Shown: positions 18,234 through 27,243 of the stretch, piece by piece
Numbering within the stretch: position 1 is the first letter of the stretch
Layout of the letters: the number at the start of each line of letters is the position of its first letter
Assembly: GCA_050253185.1 (NCBI GenBank)
Contig: JBFWJN010000001.1
Location: forward strand, 1-39,876
Source: Kiritimatiellales bacterium
Lineage (GTDB): Bacteria > Verrucomicrobiota > Kiritimatiellia > Kiritimatiellales > Tichowtungiaceae
DNA length: 39,876 bases
Direction: 5' to 3'
The notes under the pieces: model-generated
Databases searched by the model: none
Told to the model about the DNA's origin: nothing
What the model saw: the letters and a program-made list of their open reading frames with translations, nothing else
Program-made: the position numbers and the translations under genes

Positions 18234-19913
18234 ATGAACGACAGTCGTGCAGATAGTTTCTTGCGTCTGATCCGCCGCGCACAGCGCGGCAGATTGAAGA
18301 TCCATCTGGGGTACTCAGCCGGTGTCGGCAAAACCTACCAGATGCTTCTGGAGGCGCACCGGCTGAAGGAAGACGGGATCGACGTGGTCGTCGGACTGGT
18401 TGAAACCCATGGCCGAGCGGAGACCAGAGCATTGCTGGACGGGTTGGAGCTGATTCCCCTCCGGAAAATCACGTACCGCGGAATCGAGATCGGTGAAATG
18501 GATCTCGACGCGATTCTGGCGCGCCGCCCGTATGTTGTGCTCGTCGATGAACTGGCTCACACCAACGTTCCGGGCAGCAGGAATGCCAAACGCTATCAGG
18601 ACGTGGAAGAACTCCTTTCCTCGGGCATCCATGTTATCTCCACCCTGAACATCCAGCATCTGGAAAGCCTGTACGAAACCGTCGAGCGCGCCACCGGGGT
18701 CAAAGTCCGCGAGCGGATTCCCGACCGCGTGGTCGTGGAAGCCGATCAGCTGGTCAACGTCGATGTCACCACCGAGGATCTGCGCCGTCGGCTGGAGGAA
18801 GGAAAGGTTTATACGGCGGAACGCATTGAGACTGCACTGGAACATTTTTTCAAGCCGGCAAACCTTGAACAGTTGCGTGAACTCACCCTGCGGGAGCTGG
18901 CCTCGCAAATCGATTCCCGGCGCCGCGAATCTACGGAAGAAGAATCTTCATCGAGTCCTGATCAGGTCATGGTTGCTTTAAGTTCGCGCGGACCGAATAG
19001 CGAGGCGCTGCTTCGTTATGCTTCACGTCTGGCCGGACGGCTGAACAGGAACTGGTACGCGGTCTATGTACAGACATCCAAAGAACGCCCGATTGCCATT
19101 GAAGCGGCGACTCAGCGGGTGCTCGCCAACACGTTGACGCTGGCTCAGCAGCTGGGGGCGACGGTTTTCACCTACAAGGGCGATGACGTGGTCAAAGCCA
19201 TCCTGCAGTTCGCCAAAGAATATCGCGTCGGGCATATCGTCATCGGTGCGCCGGGGAAGCCGGTGCCTTTCTGGAGACGGCTGCGGGGAGAAGTCAGCAT
19301 CGCGGAGCGTCTTATTAAAGAAGGCGCCGGCATAACTGTTGTTGTCCTGAATACTAAAGCGGTGCCGCATGACGGGGTGCCTGAGAAAACGGCTTTACCG
19401 GCAAGGAAAGCAGGAGCTGTTCATCAGAGCGCCGGGTTGATTCTGGAGCGCAACGTCGCATTGTCGAATGATGACATTCTCCTTTGGAAGGACGCCATAG
19501 AAAAAGAAAATGCCATCGGCCAGCTGTTGGAGGCCTGCTGCCGTAAAAATCCGGAATATAAGGAAACCGCATGGGCTGCGGTTCTTGCCCGCGAACATCA
19601 AGGGGGAACTTTTATGGGCGAAGACGTGGCAATTCCCCATGCGCGGATTGCGGGACTGTCCCGTCCGCTGATTGCCATCGGTATTGGGAAGACAGGCATA
19701 TTGGACCGTGAATACGGACGCAGTGTCCGGATTATGCCGTTGCTTCTTTCACCTCTCGAATCTCCGGAACGTCATGTTACAGTGCTGGCCGCGATCAGCC
19801 GGATGGCACAGGACGATCAATGGCGCAAAGAGGTTTTTTCCGCTAAAAACCCCGCCGACATTATGAAAGCGGTATATATGTGGAAAGAGCGTTTCAAAAC
19901 GGCTGGACAGTAA
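18234..19913 (+). CDS. Soluble KdpD N-terminal sensor (KdpD domain plus USP) fused to a PTS EIIA (Ntr/Fru-type) domain
   Basis: GRLKIHLGYSAGVGKTYQML, DELAHTN, KRYQDVEELL, NIQHLESL; USP-like region (AILQFAKEYRVGHIVIG); C-terminal VLAREHQGGTFMGEDVAIPHAR. No TM segments, H-box or HATPase motifs. Confidence 0.88.
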   Translation: MNDSRADSFLRLIRRAQRGRLKIHLGYSAGVGKTYQMLLEAHRLKEDGIDVVVGLVETHGRAETRALLDGLELIPLRKITYRGIEIGEMDLDAILARRPYVVLVDELAHTNVPGSRNAKRYQDVEELLSSGIHVISTLNIQHLESLYETVERATGVKVRERIPDRVVVEADQLVNVDVTTEDLRRRLEEGKVYTAERIETALEHFFKPANLEQLRELTLRELASQIDSRRRESTEEESSSSPDQVMVALSSRGPNSEALLRYASRLAGRLNRNWYAVYVQTSKERPIAIEAATQRVLANTLTLAQQLGATVFTYKGDDVVKAILQFAKEYRVGHIVIGAPGKPVPFWRRLRGEVSIAERLIKEGAGITVVVLNTKAVPHDGVPEKTALPARKAGAVHQSAGLILERNVALSNDDILLWKDAIEKENAIGQLLEACCRKNPEYKETAWAAVLAREHQGGTFMGEDVAIPHARIAGLSRPLIAIGIGKTGILDREYGRSVRIMPLLLSPLESPERHVTVLAAISRMAQDDQWRKEVFSAKNPADIMKAVYMWKERFKTAGQ

Positions 19914-19921
19914 AAAGAGAT

Positions 19922-21055
19922 ATGAAAAAAATCAAAAAAAGTTTCGGCAAAGAAAACCGGAACCGTTTTTCTGTAAACGGGAAGACCGGAAATATGCGGG
20001 TTCGTGCGGTGCTGCTGGCCGTTGCCGTATTGCTCGGCATGTTTTTTTTCATGAGCCGGCGGCATTCGGATTCAACTTCTGCCGGAATTGAAACGCGCAG
20101 CTGGGAGGCTATGGGAACGATCGTCAGTCTCAGTCTTTGTGAAGCAGATCAGAACCGGAAAGAAGCGCTTTTTAAACAGGCTATCCATCGGGTGGATGAC
20201 ATTGAAAAGATATTAAGTTCATACATACCGACTTCAGAACTCAGCCGCCTGAACGGTTTGCCTGTTGGTGAAAAGATGCATGTCTCCCGTGAGCTGCGGG
20301 ATGCCGTCAGTGCCGGGAAAAGCTGGTATGGCAAAACCGGCGGAGCGTTTGACATCACCATCGACCCGTTGATTCGATTGTGGAAAAAGGCCGGAGAAAT
20401 TCAAAAAGTGCCTACAGAAACCGAGCTGAAGGCGGTCCGCGATGAAATGGGGGTTGATAAGCTCGTGTTGTGTAAAGATGATCTGGTGATTATGAAAAAG
20501 GCCGCTGTGGAGATCAATGCGGGAGGTCTTGGAAAGGGTTTTACCGCAGACGACATTGCATGTCTGCTTCAAAAATGCGGCGTGACATCCGCACTGATTG
20601 CCATGGCCGGGGATGTTCATGTCCTTGGTTTCCGTCCTGACGGGCGGCTCTGGCATGTGGGGGTTCAAGATCCGCGCTATCCCGATAATCCGGACGCTGT
20701 GGTTACAGCCGTCCAATTAAGTGATATGGCGATCTCCACATCCGGCAACTACCGGCGCTTCGTCACCATCGCCGGCAAACAGTATTCCCATATCATTGAT
20801 CCCCGCACCGGGCACACGGCGGAAAATGCACCGAGCGTAACCGTCATCGGCCCGAACACGCTGACAACCGATATTCTGGGAACAGCCCTAAGCGTACTCG
20901 GTGTGGAGGAGGGATTGAAACTGGTTGAATCAATGAACGGCATCGAGGCGCTTTTTATAACAGTTGACGCATCAGACAAGTTAACCCTGACGCGAAGCCG
21001 CGGTTTTTCCGGATATGAAAATCCCGCCGGTGTGAAAGAAAAGATTTCAAACTGA
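19922..21055 (+). CDS. apbE: FAD:protein FMN transferase (ApbE/FmnB family)
   Basis: AMGT, SELSRLN, GAFDITI, NAGGLGKGF, STSGNYRRF, YSHIIDPRTG. Start uncertain (19922 or 19994). Confidence 0.92.
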   Translation: MKKIKKSFGKENRNRFSVNGKTGNMRVRAVLLAVAVLLGMFFFMSRRHSDSTSAGIETRSWEAMGTIVSLSLCEADQNRKEALFKQAIHRVDDIEKILSSYIPTSELSRLNGLPVGEKMHVSRELRDAVSAGKSWYGKTGGAFDITIDPLIRLWKKAGEIQKVPTETELKAVRDEMGVDKLVLCKDDLVIMKKAAVEINAGGLGKGFTADDIACLLQKCGVTSALIAMAGDVHVLGFRPDGRLWHVGVQDPRYPDNPDAVVTAVQLSDMAISTSGNYRRFVTIAGKQYSHIIDPRTGHTAENAPSVTVIGPNTLTTDILGTALSVLGVEEGLKLVESMNGIEALFITVDASDKLTLTRSRGFSGYENPAGVKEKISN

Positions 21056-21949
21056 GGCGATGCCAAACAGCAGTCCAGCTGCCAGCAGCAGACCGAAGAT
21101 AAGATACAGCTTGGCGGTCTGCGGCGGCGCGGCGGCGAGATCAGAGTTTAAGGTCACTGTCGCCAGTATGGAACGTACCTGCCGCCATGCAAACGGCAGG
21201 CTCAGTACCGGCAGCAGCAGTCCGGCATGAACCGTTCCTGATGCAACCGGTGCGAGGAGCGCGGCATAGGCGAGGGCGATCAGTGCGGCATACAGTTTTT
21301 TCGTCCGCACCGGACCCAGCCGCATCGGCAGCGTGGTGAACCCGGCAGCAGCATCCATCTTCAGATCCCGCAGATTGTTCACCAGCAGGATGGCCGTTAC
21401 CATACAGCCGCAGGAAAGCGCGGGCCATGCCGCATTGGCGGTCACAGTTCCGGTTGCCGCGTAAAACGCGCCGTCAAAAAGAAGCGGGCCCATCAGAATA
21501 AAAACAAACGGCTCACCGAGCCCTTTATATTTGTAGCCGATCCGGTTCGAATAAAACCATGCCCCGGCGGCACCGGCAATCCCCGCCGCCAGCAGCGGCC
21601 AGCCGCGCAGGGCCGCAAGGATCAGGCCGGTGAAAATACCGCCGAACACATAGAACCGGCCCCAGACCAGCATATAGACCGGCGCGACTTTTTTTCCAGT
21701 CAGCAGGCCGCTTGATCCGCGGGCCTCCGGCGTATCGAACCCCAGTGTGAAGTCATAATAATCGTTCAGCAGGTTCACCCCGGCGTGCAGCAGCAGGGCG
21801 CAGAACAGCATCAGCGGAAACAGCCGCCAATCGACGGCTGCTCCGGTCGCGCGGGCAAACAGGAAGGCGCAGACCACCGGAATGATCGTGGCGGTGAACG
21901 AATAGGCGCGCAGTGCGCGCGCCCAGTTTTGTAGAGCAATACGGTTCAT
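21047..21949 (-). CDS. menA: MenA-like 1,4-dihydroxy-2-naphthoate prenyltransferase (UbiA family)
   Basis: NLLNDYYDFTLGFD, YKYKGLGE, ILLVNNLRDLKMDAAAGFTTL; multiple TM helices. Confidence 0.88.
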   Translation of the reverse strand: MNRIALQNWARALRAYSFTATIIPVVCAFLFARATGAAVDWRLFPLMLFCALLLHAGVNLLNDYYDFTLGFDTPEARGSSGLLTGKKVAPVYMLVWGRFYVFGGIFTGLILAALRGWPLLAAGIAGAAGAWFYSNRIGYKYKGLGEPFVFILMGPLLFDGAFYAATGTVTANAAWPALSCGCMVTAILLVNNLRDLKMDAAAGFTTLPMRLGPVRTKKLYAALIALAYAALLAPVASGTVHAGLLLPVLSLPFAWRQVRSILATVTLNSDLAAAPPQTAKLYLIFGLLLAAGLLFGIASV

Positions 21950-22359
21950 TTCTTTGAAAGCAAGAAATCAATTGACCACTTACCCGCGCCTTTCAGCAGG
22001 AACATCAGCGCCGGAACCAGATAAAGCCACGCCAGCTCCTGTTTGGCAAACGGCTGACCGCCCAGCGCGCCGAAGATCGCAACACTCATTGTGCAAATGA
22101 TCATAAACGCCGCCGGGCGGGTCAACAGACCGATCAACAGAAGCAGTGCGCCAAGGCTTTCCGAACCGGCGGCCAGCCATGCCATAATATGCGGAGCAGG
22201 AACACCGAGGCTGGTCACAAAACCAGTAAACTTCTCCATTCCACCGAACAGTTTGGTGCAACCGTGAGTCATCATCGCTGCGCCGATAAAAACGCGCAGG
22301 ATCAGGATGCCGATATTGGCATCGGGAGTTGTTCCGAAGAGAATCTGTTTAACCTTCAT
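21946..22359 (-). CDS. DoxX-family membrane protein
   Basis: LILRVFIG...HGCTKL...ESLGALLLLIGLLTRPAA...GAGKWSID; AGGAGG Shine-Dalgarno before ATG 22359. Confidence 0.9.
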   Translation of the reverse strand: MKVKQILFGTTPDANIGILILRVFIGAAMMTHGCTKLFGGMEKFTGFVTSLGVPAPHIMAWLAAGSESLGALLLLIGLLTRPAAFMIICTMSVAIFGALGGQPFAKQELAWLYLVPALMFLLKGAGKWSIDFLLSKK

Positions 22360-23506
22360 GATGAGCCTCCTTCTTGAACAGTTTCGCGGCGATTCTGGCA
22401 AATCCGGCGAAATTTGCAAAACAGGTATTGCGGAATCCGCACATGAAATAGTGCAGGCGCAGTCCGGGATTTCCTTTGATCCAAAGGCGACTGAAGAGTT
22501 GCCCGACGCTGTCGCCGTGCAGTGGAATCACCCAGCCCGCATCGAACGGGCGGAACGGTTTAGTTTCTTCTCCGCGCAGACGGCGCACAATGTTTTTTCC
22601 GGCGCATTTTCCTTCGTACCACGCAAAGTTGATCGCCTTGCGCAGCATCTGGCCGTTTTCCTCAAACGCGGCGGAATCGCCCGCCGCGAAAACATCCGGA
22701 TAATTCGGCAGCGAAAGATCAGGATTCACCTTCAGTCGTCCGTCGCGTAACCGTTCGACATTTCCCTTGAGTTCCAGCGCGGCGAAGGTCGATCCGGCCG
22801 CCCAGCAGAAAAAAACGTTTTCAAACACCTGATCACCAGCGATTACATTTTTTCCGTCAAAGCCGGTCACTCGCCGGCCGAAAATAAACTGCACGCCCAG
22901 CTTCTCAAGAAACGCCTTGATTCGCTGCCGCTTTTTCTCCGGCAGAAACGGCAGAATATCTTGGCCCGGATCCACCACAGTCACCCGGCATTTTTTTTCG
23001 GCGGCACGCGCGCGGTAAAACAGGCTCATCGCCAGCTCGAGTCCGGTATATCCGCCTCCCGCCATCACCACATGCGGCGGATCGGCCCGTTTCAAGTAGG
23101 CCGAAAAATCATCCCGGATGCGCAGTGCGCTTTCGAGCGAATCGAGATGATAAATCTTTTCGCGGTGCTGCTCGAACCCGTGAAAATCCGTCACGGAACC
23201 CGACGCAATCAGCAGGGTATCAAACCCGGTCACTTCGCCGTCCGCGATCAGCGTCTTTTTCCGGAGATCAATCTGCATCACCGCTTTACGGACATGCCGC
23301 ACATTCTTCGGCAGCAGTTTTTCCAAACCTTGGAAAAGATAGTTTTCTTTTACCCAGCCGCCCGCCAGATCGGGCAGAGCGGGCAGCATCACCGTCCGGT
23401 CGCGCGGATCCAGCAGAATAACATCCTGGTCTGCGCCGCGCAGAACACGGCAGGCCTGACGACCGGCGAACCCGGCCCCAATGATAACCGTTTTGCTGTT
23501 CATCAC
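22349..23506 (-). CDS. FAD-dependent pyridine-nucleotide oxidoreductase, type II NADH dehydrogenase-like
   Basis: VIIGAGFAG, LLIASGS, AGGGYTGLELA, FCWAAG, VFAAGD motifs. Start 23506 (GTG) or 23503 (ATG). Confidence 0.85.
   Translation of the reverse strand: MMNSKTVIIGAGFAGRQACRVLRGADQDVILLDPRDRTVMLPALPDLAGGWVKENYLFQGLEKLLPKNVRHVRKAVMQIDLRKKTLIADGEVTGFDTLLIASGSVTDFHGFEQHREKIYHLDSLESALRIRDDFSAYLKRADPPHVVMAGGGYTGLELAMSLFYRARAAEKKCRVTVVDPGQDILPFLPEKKRQRIKAFLEKLGVQFIFGRRVTGFDGKNVIAGDQVFENVFFCWAAGSTFAALELKGNVERLRDGRLKVNPDLSLPNYPDVFAAGDSAAFEENGQMLRKAINFAWYEGKCAGKNIVRRLRGEETKPFRPFDAGWVIPLHGDSVGQLFSRLWIKGNPGLRLHYFMCGFRNTCFANFAGFARIAAKLFKKEAHHEG
23319..23337. repeat. TTCCAR-NSN-YTGGAA palindrome, in ndh-like gene
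   Basis: TTTTCCAAACCTTGGAAAA; encodes LFQGLEK. Confidence 0.9.
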
Positions 23507-23535
23507 GCGCGAAGAATACGCTAGAGTTTCTGCCA

Positions 23536-24429
23536 GTGCAAAAGATCAAAGCAGAAATTGAAGCGCAGTTTGTCCACCATCTGGAGGAGCATCCCTTCTG
23601 GACCGCCCTTGCAGAAGAAAGTCCGGCAGGTTTTTCCGCTGTGCGCGACACCCTCCTCGCGCCCGGCAAGCGGCTGCGTCCGCTTCTCTTCTGCGCCGCC
23701 TGCCGCGACGCCGGACTTGATCCGCTTCCAGGTCTCATGCCCGTCGCGCTCGCGCTCGAACTCGCGCACAGCTTTATTCTCATTCACGACGACATCATCG
23801 ATCGCTCCGTCGAACGGCGCGGCGAACCCACGCTTCCCGAACGGATCAATCAGTTGTTTGCAAAAAAACCGGCCGACGGATTCCGCGGCACCGACTTCGC
23901 GCTCGTCACCGGCGACCTGCTGTATACGCTCGCCATCGAAAGCCTCCTGCAGGCCGACGCCCCGGATGCGCAGAAACTGGAAGCGCTGCAGCTCTTCACC
24001 CGGACAGCGCTCGACACCGGCCACGGCGCACTGCTCGAAATGCGGGCCGGGCAGGCCCCGCCGACCGAACTGCCCGTTGCAGACATTGAAAAGATCTACG
24101 AACTCAAAACCGGTCGCTACACTTTTACGCTGCCGCTTCAGCTCGCTGCGGTATTTTCCAATGGTTGGAAAAAAGACAATCCGGTTTTTCCAACCATTGG
24201 AAAATACGCAGGCCTTGCATTCCAGCTGCTGAATGATTTAAACGATGAGGTTGACGACCTGCGCGATGGCCGGCGCACCTGGGCCGCCGTGCACGCCGTT
24301 CAGCGGGACGGAACCGTCGGTGCTGTTCGGCAGGCGGTTGAGGAAAACACACGACGGGCCCTTGGGGCGGCGGAAGGTCTTCCGACGGTTTGCAGCGTTC
24401 TCGCGCAGGCGCTGCAATGCCGCGTTTGA
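23536..24429 (+). CDS. Polyprenyl diphosphate synthase family protein
   Basis: GKRLRPLL, ELAHSFILIHDDIID (FARM), RRG, GDLL, LKTGRY; second Asp-rich motif degenerate (FQLLNDLND) and C-terminus short. Confidence 0.85.
   Translation: MQKIKAEIEAQFVHHLEEHPFWTALAEESPAGFSAVRDTLLAPGKRLRPLLFCAACRDAGLDPLPGLMPVALALELAHSFILIHDDIIDRSVERRGEPTLPERINQLFAKKPADGFRGTDFALVTGDLLYTLAIESLLQADAPDAQKLEALQLFTRTALDTGHGALLEMRAGQAPPTELPVADIEKIYELKTGRYTFTLPLQLAAVFSNGWKKDNPVFPTIGKYAGLAFQLLNDLNDEVDDLRDGRRTWAAVHAVQRDGTVGAVRQAVEENTRRALGAAEGLPTVCSVLAQALQCRV
24151..24207. repeat. Two palindromes (centres 32 bp apart) forming a perfect 23-bp inverted repeat inside the CDS
   Basis: GTATTTTCCAATGGTTGGAAAAA-N11-TTTTTCCAACCATTGGAAAATAC; encodes VFSNGWKKDNPVFPTIGKY. 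Confidence 0.95.
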
Positions 24430-24480
24430 TGTTGAAAATTCGGGAGCACCCGGCTGTAACTGTAAAATAGGAGAAACGTG

Positions 24481-26289
24481 ATGAATGTGATGAGGCTCGG
24501 CAGACAATTTCTGATGATGACGACTCCCGCCCTGCTGCTGTTTCGTCCGAAAGCGGAGGCCGCCGCCGTGCCGAAGCCGATCCAGCGTCCCAATATTATT
24601 CTGATCATGTCCGACGACATGGGCTATTCGGATATCGGCTGCTACGGCAGCGAAATTCGCACACCGAATCTGGATGCCCTGGCGCAGAACGGGCTGCGTT
24701 ACCGGCACTTCTACAATCAGGCGCGCTGCTGCCCGACCCGCGCCTCGCTGATGACCGGGCTGTATCCGCACCAGGCGGGAATGGGCTGGATGGATGCCGT
24801 GAACCATAATCTGCCGGGCTATCAGGCGCAGCTCAACGAACACTGCGTGACGATTGCCCAGGTGCTCAAAAGCGCTGGATACAGCACCTACATGGTCGGA
24901 AAATGGCATTTGCAGCGCGAGAAAGACACGGCTCAGGACAGCCCCAGCTATAACTGGCCGCGCCAGCGCGGATTCGACCGGTTCTACGGCATTCTGAAAG
25001 GCGCCGGCAGTTTTTATGATCCGGGTACACTTTGCCGTGATAATCAACTGATCACTCCGTTCAACGATTCCGAATACCGGCCGGATGACTATTATTTCAC
25101 GGATGCCATTTCAGATAATGCGGTGAAGTTTCTGGAAGAGGATTCGGGCGAAAAGCCGTTTTTCATGTATATGGCATACACGGCGGCGCACTGGCCCATG
25201 CAGGCCCCTGAAACCGATATTGCAAAATACCGTGGGACTTATGACCAGGGGTGGGAAATCGTTCGCCGCGCCCGGCTGGAAAAAATGAAAAAGCTGGGCC
25301 TGCTGGCTCCGGATGTTGTGATGTCTCCGCTGGACACCATTCACTGGGCGGACGAGCCGGATAAAGAGGCCATGGCACGGCGCATGGAAGTTTATGCCGC
25401 CATGGTGACCATCATGGATGAAGGCATCGGCCGCGTTGTGGATGAACTCAAGAAGAAAGGCTGGCTCGAAAACACGCTGATCCTGTTCCTTGAGGACAAC
25501 GGCGGTAATGCCGAAGGCCTCGGTTACGGCGGCGGACAGAAAGGGAAAACCGAACCGATCGCACGGAACACGGAAGGCCTGAAACCTCTTGGAAAAGACG
25601 AAGTTCAGCCGGACGGCATTCCCCCGATGACGCGCGACGGGAAGCTGGTCATGGCCGGAAAAAGAGTGATGGCCGGTCCGGCGGACACCTACCTGGCGTG
25701 CCTGAAACCGTGGGCTCAGGTTTCCAACACCCCGTACAAGGAATATAAGCATTACGTGCACGAGGGCGGAATCGCCACACCGCTGATTGTTCACTGGCCT
25801 GCAGGCATTAGGAGTCAGGGAGAATTCAGAAACCAGCCCGGCAATGTGATTGATATCATGCCCACGCTGGCTGAGCTGGGCTGTGCAGCGTATCCCGAAA
25901 CGTTCCAGGGAAAAGAGATTACGCCCGTGGCCGGAGTCAGCCTCGTTCCTTCGTTCAGCGATAAGCCTCTGGATCGGAATGCCATTTTCTGGGAACACGA
26001 AATGAACCGGGCCGTCCGGACAGACAAGTGGAAACTGGTCTCCACCGGCGATCTGATGGACGGCGGCTACGGCACGTGGAAATATTACAGCAACGGACCG
26101 TGGGAACTTTATGACATGGAAAACGATCCCAGCGAAATGATCGACTTATCCGCAATGTATCCCGGCAAAGTCAAGGAAATGGCCGCCATGTGGGATGACT
26201 GGACTCAAACCGTTCCGGTTTATCCGACGCCGTGGAAAAAGGCTGAAGAAAAAACCCGTTCCGAATACATCGCGCCCATGTTTCATTAA
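24481..26289 (+). CDS. Arylsulfatase (formylglycine-dependent S1 sulfatase), probably exported
   Basis: RPNIILIMSDDMGYSD, CCPTRASLMTG (CxPxR), VGKWHL, AHWP, EGGIATP, WELYDMENDPSE; signal-like N-terminus. Confidence 0.93.
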   Translation: MNVMRLGRQFLMMTTPALLLFRPKAEAAAVPKPIQRPNIILIMSDDMGYSDIGCYGSEIRTPNLDALAQNGLRYRHFYNQARCCPTRASLMTGLYPHQAGMGWMDAVNHNLPGYQAQLNEHCVTIAQVLKSAGYSTYMVGKWHLQREKDTAQDSPSYNWPRQRGFDRFYGILKGAGSFYDPGTLCRDNQLITPFNDSEYRPDDYYFTDAISDNAVKFLEEDSGEKPFFMYMAYTAAHWPMQAPETDIAKYRGTYDQGWEIVRRARLEKMKKLGLLAPDVVMSPLDTIHWADEPDKEAMARRMEVYAAMVTIMDEGIGRVVDELKKKGWLENTLILFLEDNGGNAEGLGYGGGQKGKTEPIARNTEGLKPLGKDEVQPDGIPPMTRDGKLVMAGKRVMAGPADTYLACLKPWAQVSNTPYKEYKHYVHEGGIATPLIVHWPAGIRSQGEFRNQPGNVIDIMPTLAELGCAAYPETFQGKEITPVAGVSLVPSFSDKPLDRNAIFWEHEMNRAVRTDKWKLVSTGDLMDGGYGTWKYYSNGPWELYDMENDPSEMIDLSAMYPGKVKEMAAMWDDWTQTVPVYPTPWKKAEEKTRSEYIAPMFH

Positions 26290-26322
26290 GGGACTCCCAA
26301 AACCCTGAAGAACGGGAGATCC

Positions 26323-27243
26323 TTACATCTCCTTCAGCAGCTTTTGCTCTTTGCGAAGTTCTCTCAGCAGCAGTTCCATATCGTCCGGCAGCGGGGCGGT
26401 GAACTGCATGCGCTGCCGTCCGTCCGGGTGAACGAACGAGAGTTTGGCGGCGTGCAGCATCTGTCGCGGGGCTTTGATGTGATAGGCCCGGCCGTAGACC
26501 CCGTCGCCGAAGATCGGGTGTTTGATGTGCGTCATATGAACGCGGATCTGATGAGTTCGCCCGGTTTCAATGCGCACGCGCACCAATGCGGCGTCATGAA
26601 AGGTCTCAATGACTTCATAGTGCGAAACGGCCATGCGACCGTTGCGGACATTCGCCGCCATTTTTTTGCGATGGATTGGATGGCGCCCGATGGTTGTTTC
26701 AATCGTGTCACGCGGCGGCTGCGGAACACCGCGCACAATGGCCAGATACTCCTTGTCCGTTTCATGTTCCTTGAACTGGTGCGCCAACGCGGCCATAGCC
26801 GCTTCGGTTTTGGCAATCACCATAACCCCGCTGGTGTCTTTATCGAGCCGGTGAACAATTCCGGGCCGCTTTTCGCCGCCGATGCCGGCCAGGTCGGTGC
26901 AGTGGTGAAGTAGGGCGTTGACCAGCGTGCCTGTTTCGTTGCCCGCGGCGGGATGCACAACGAGCCCGGCGGGTTTGTTGATGACGATTATGCCGGAATC
27001 TTCATAGAGAATGTGGAGCGGAATATCTTCACCCTGCGGCTCGGGATCGACCGGTTCGGGAATAGCCCACCTCACGCGGTCGCCGGAGCGCAGTTTCTGG
27101 TTGGGTTTGCAAGGGGTGTCGTTGACGGTGACCAATCCGTCCCGGATTAAGGCCTGCCAGCGCGCGCGCGAGTGTTCCGGCTCCTGCTCGGCGAGCCATG
27201 CATCGAGTCGCTTTGCCGCTTCTTCTACGATTTTTCCAAACAT
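26323..27243 (-). CDS. rluD: RluA/RluD-family pseudouridine synthase with S4 domain
   Basis: RLDAWLA S4 start, INKPAGLVVHPAAG, GIVHRLDKDTSG, ETGRTHQIRVH, QMLHA. Confidence 0.93.
   Translation of the reverse strand: MFGKIVEEAAKRLDAWLAEQEPEHSRARWQALIRDGLVTVNDTPCKPNQKLRSGDRVRWAIPEPVDPEPQGEDIPLHILYEDSGIIVINKPAGLVVHPAAGNETGTLVNALLHHCTDLAGIGGEKRPGIVHRLDKDTSGVMVIAKTEAAMAALAHQFKEHETDKEYLAIVRGVPQPPRDTIETTIGRHPIHRKKMAANVRNGRMAVSHYEVIETFHDAALVRVRIETGRTHQIRVHMTHIKHPIFGDGVYGRAYHIKAPRQMLHAAKLSFVHPDGRQRMQFTAPLPDDMELLLRELRKEQKLLKEM

Noticed and set aside
20042-20049. T8 run in apbE (and similar A/T runs elsewhere) as phase-variation tracts
   Set aside because: Short, in frame, encodes Phe in a hydrophobic segment; no frameshift seen.
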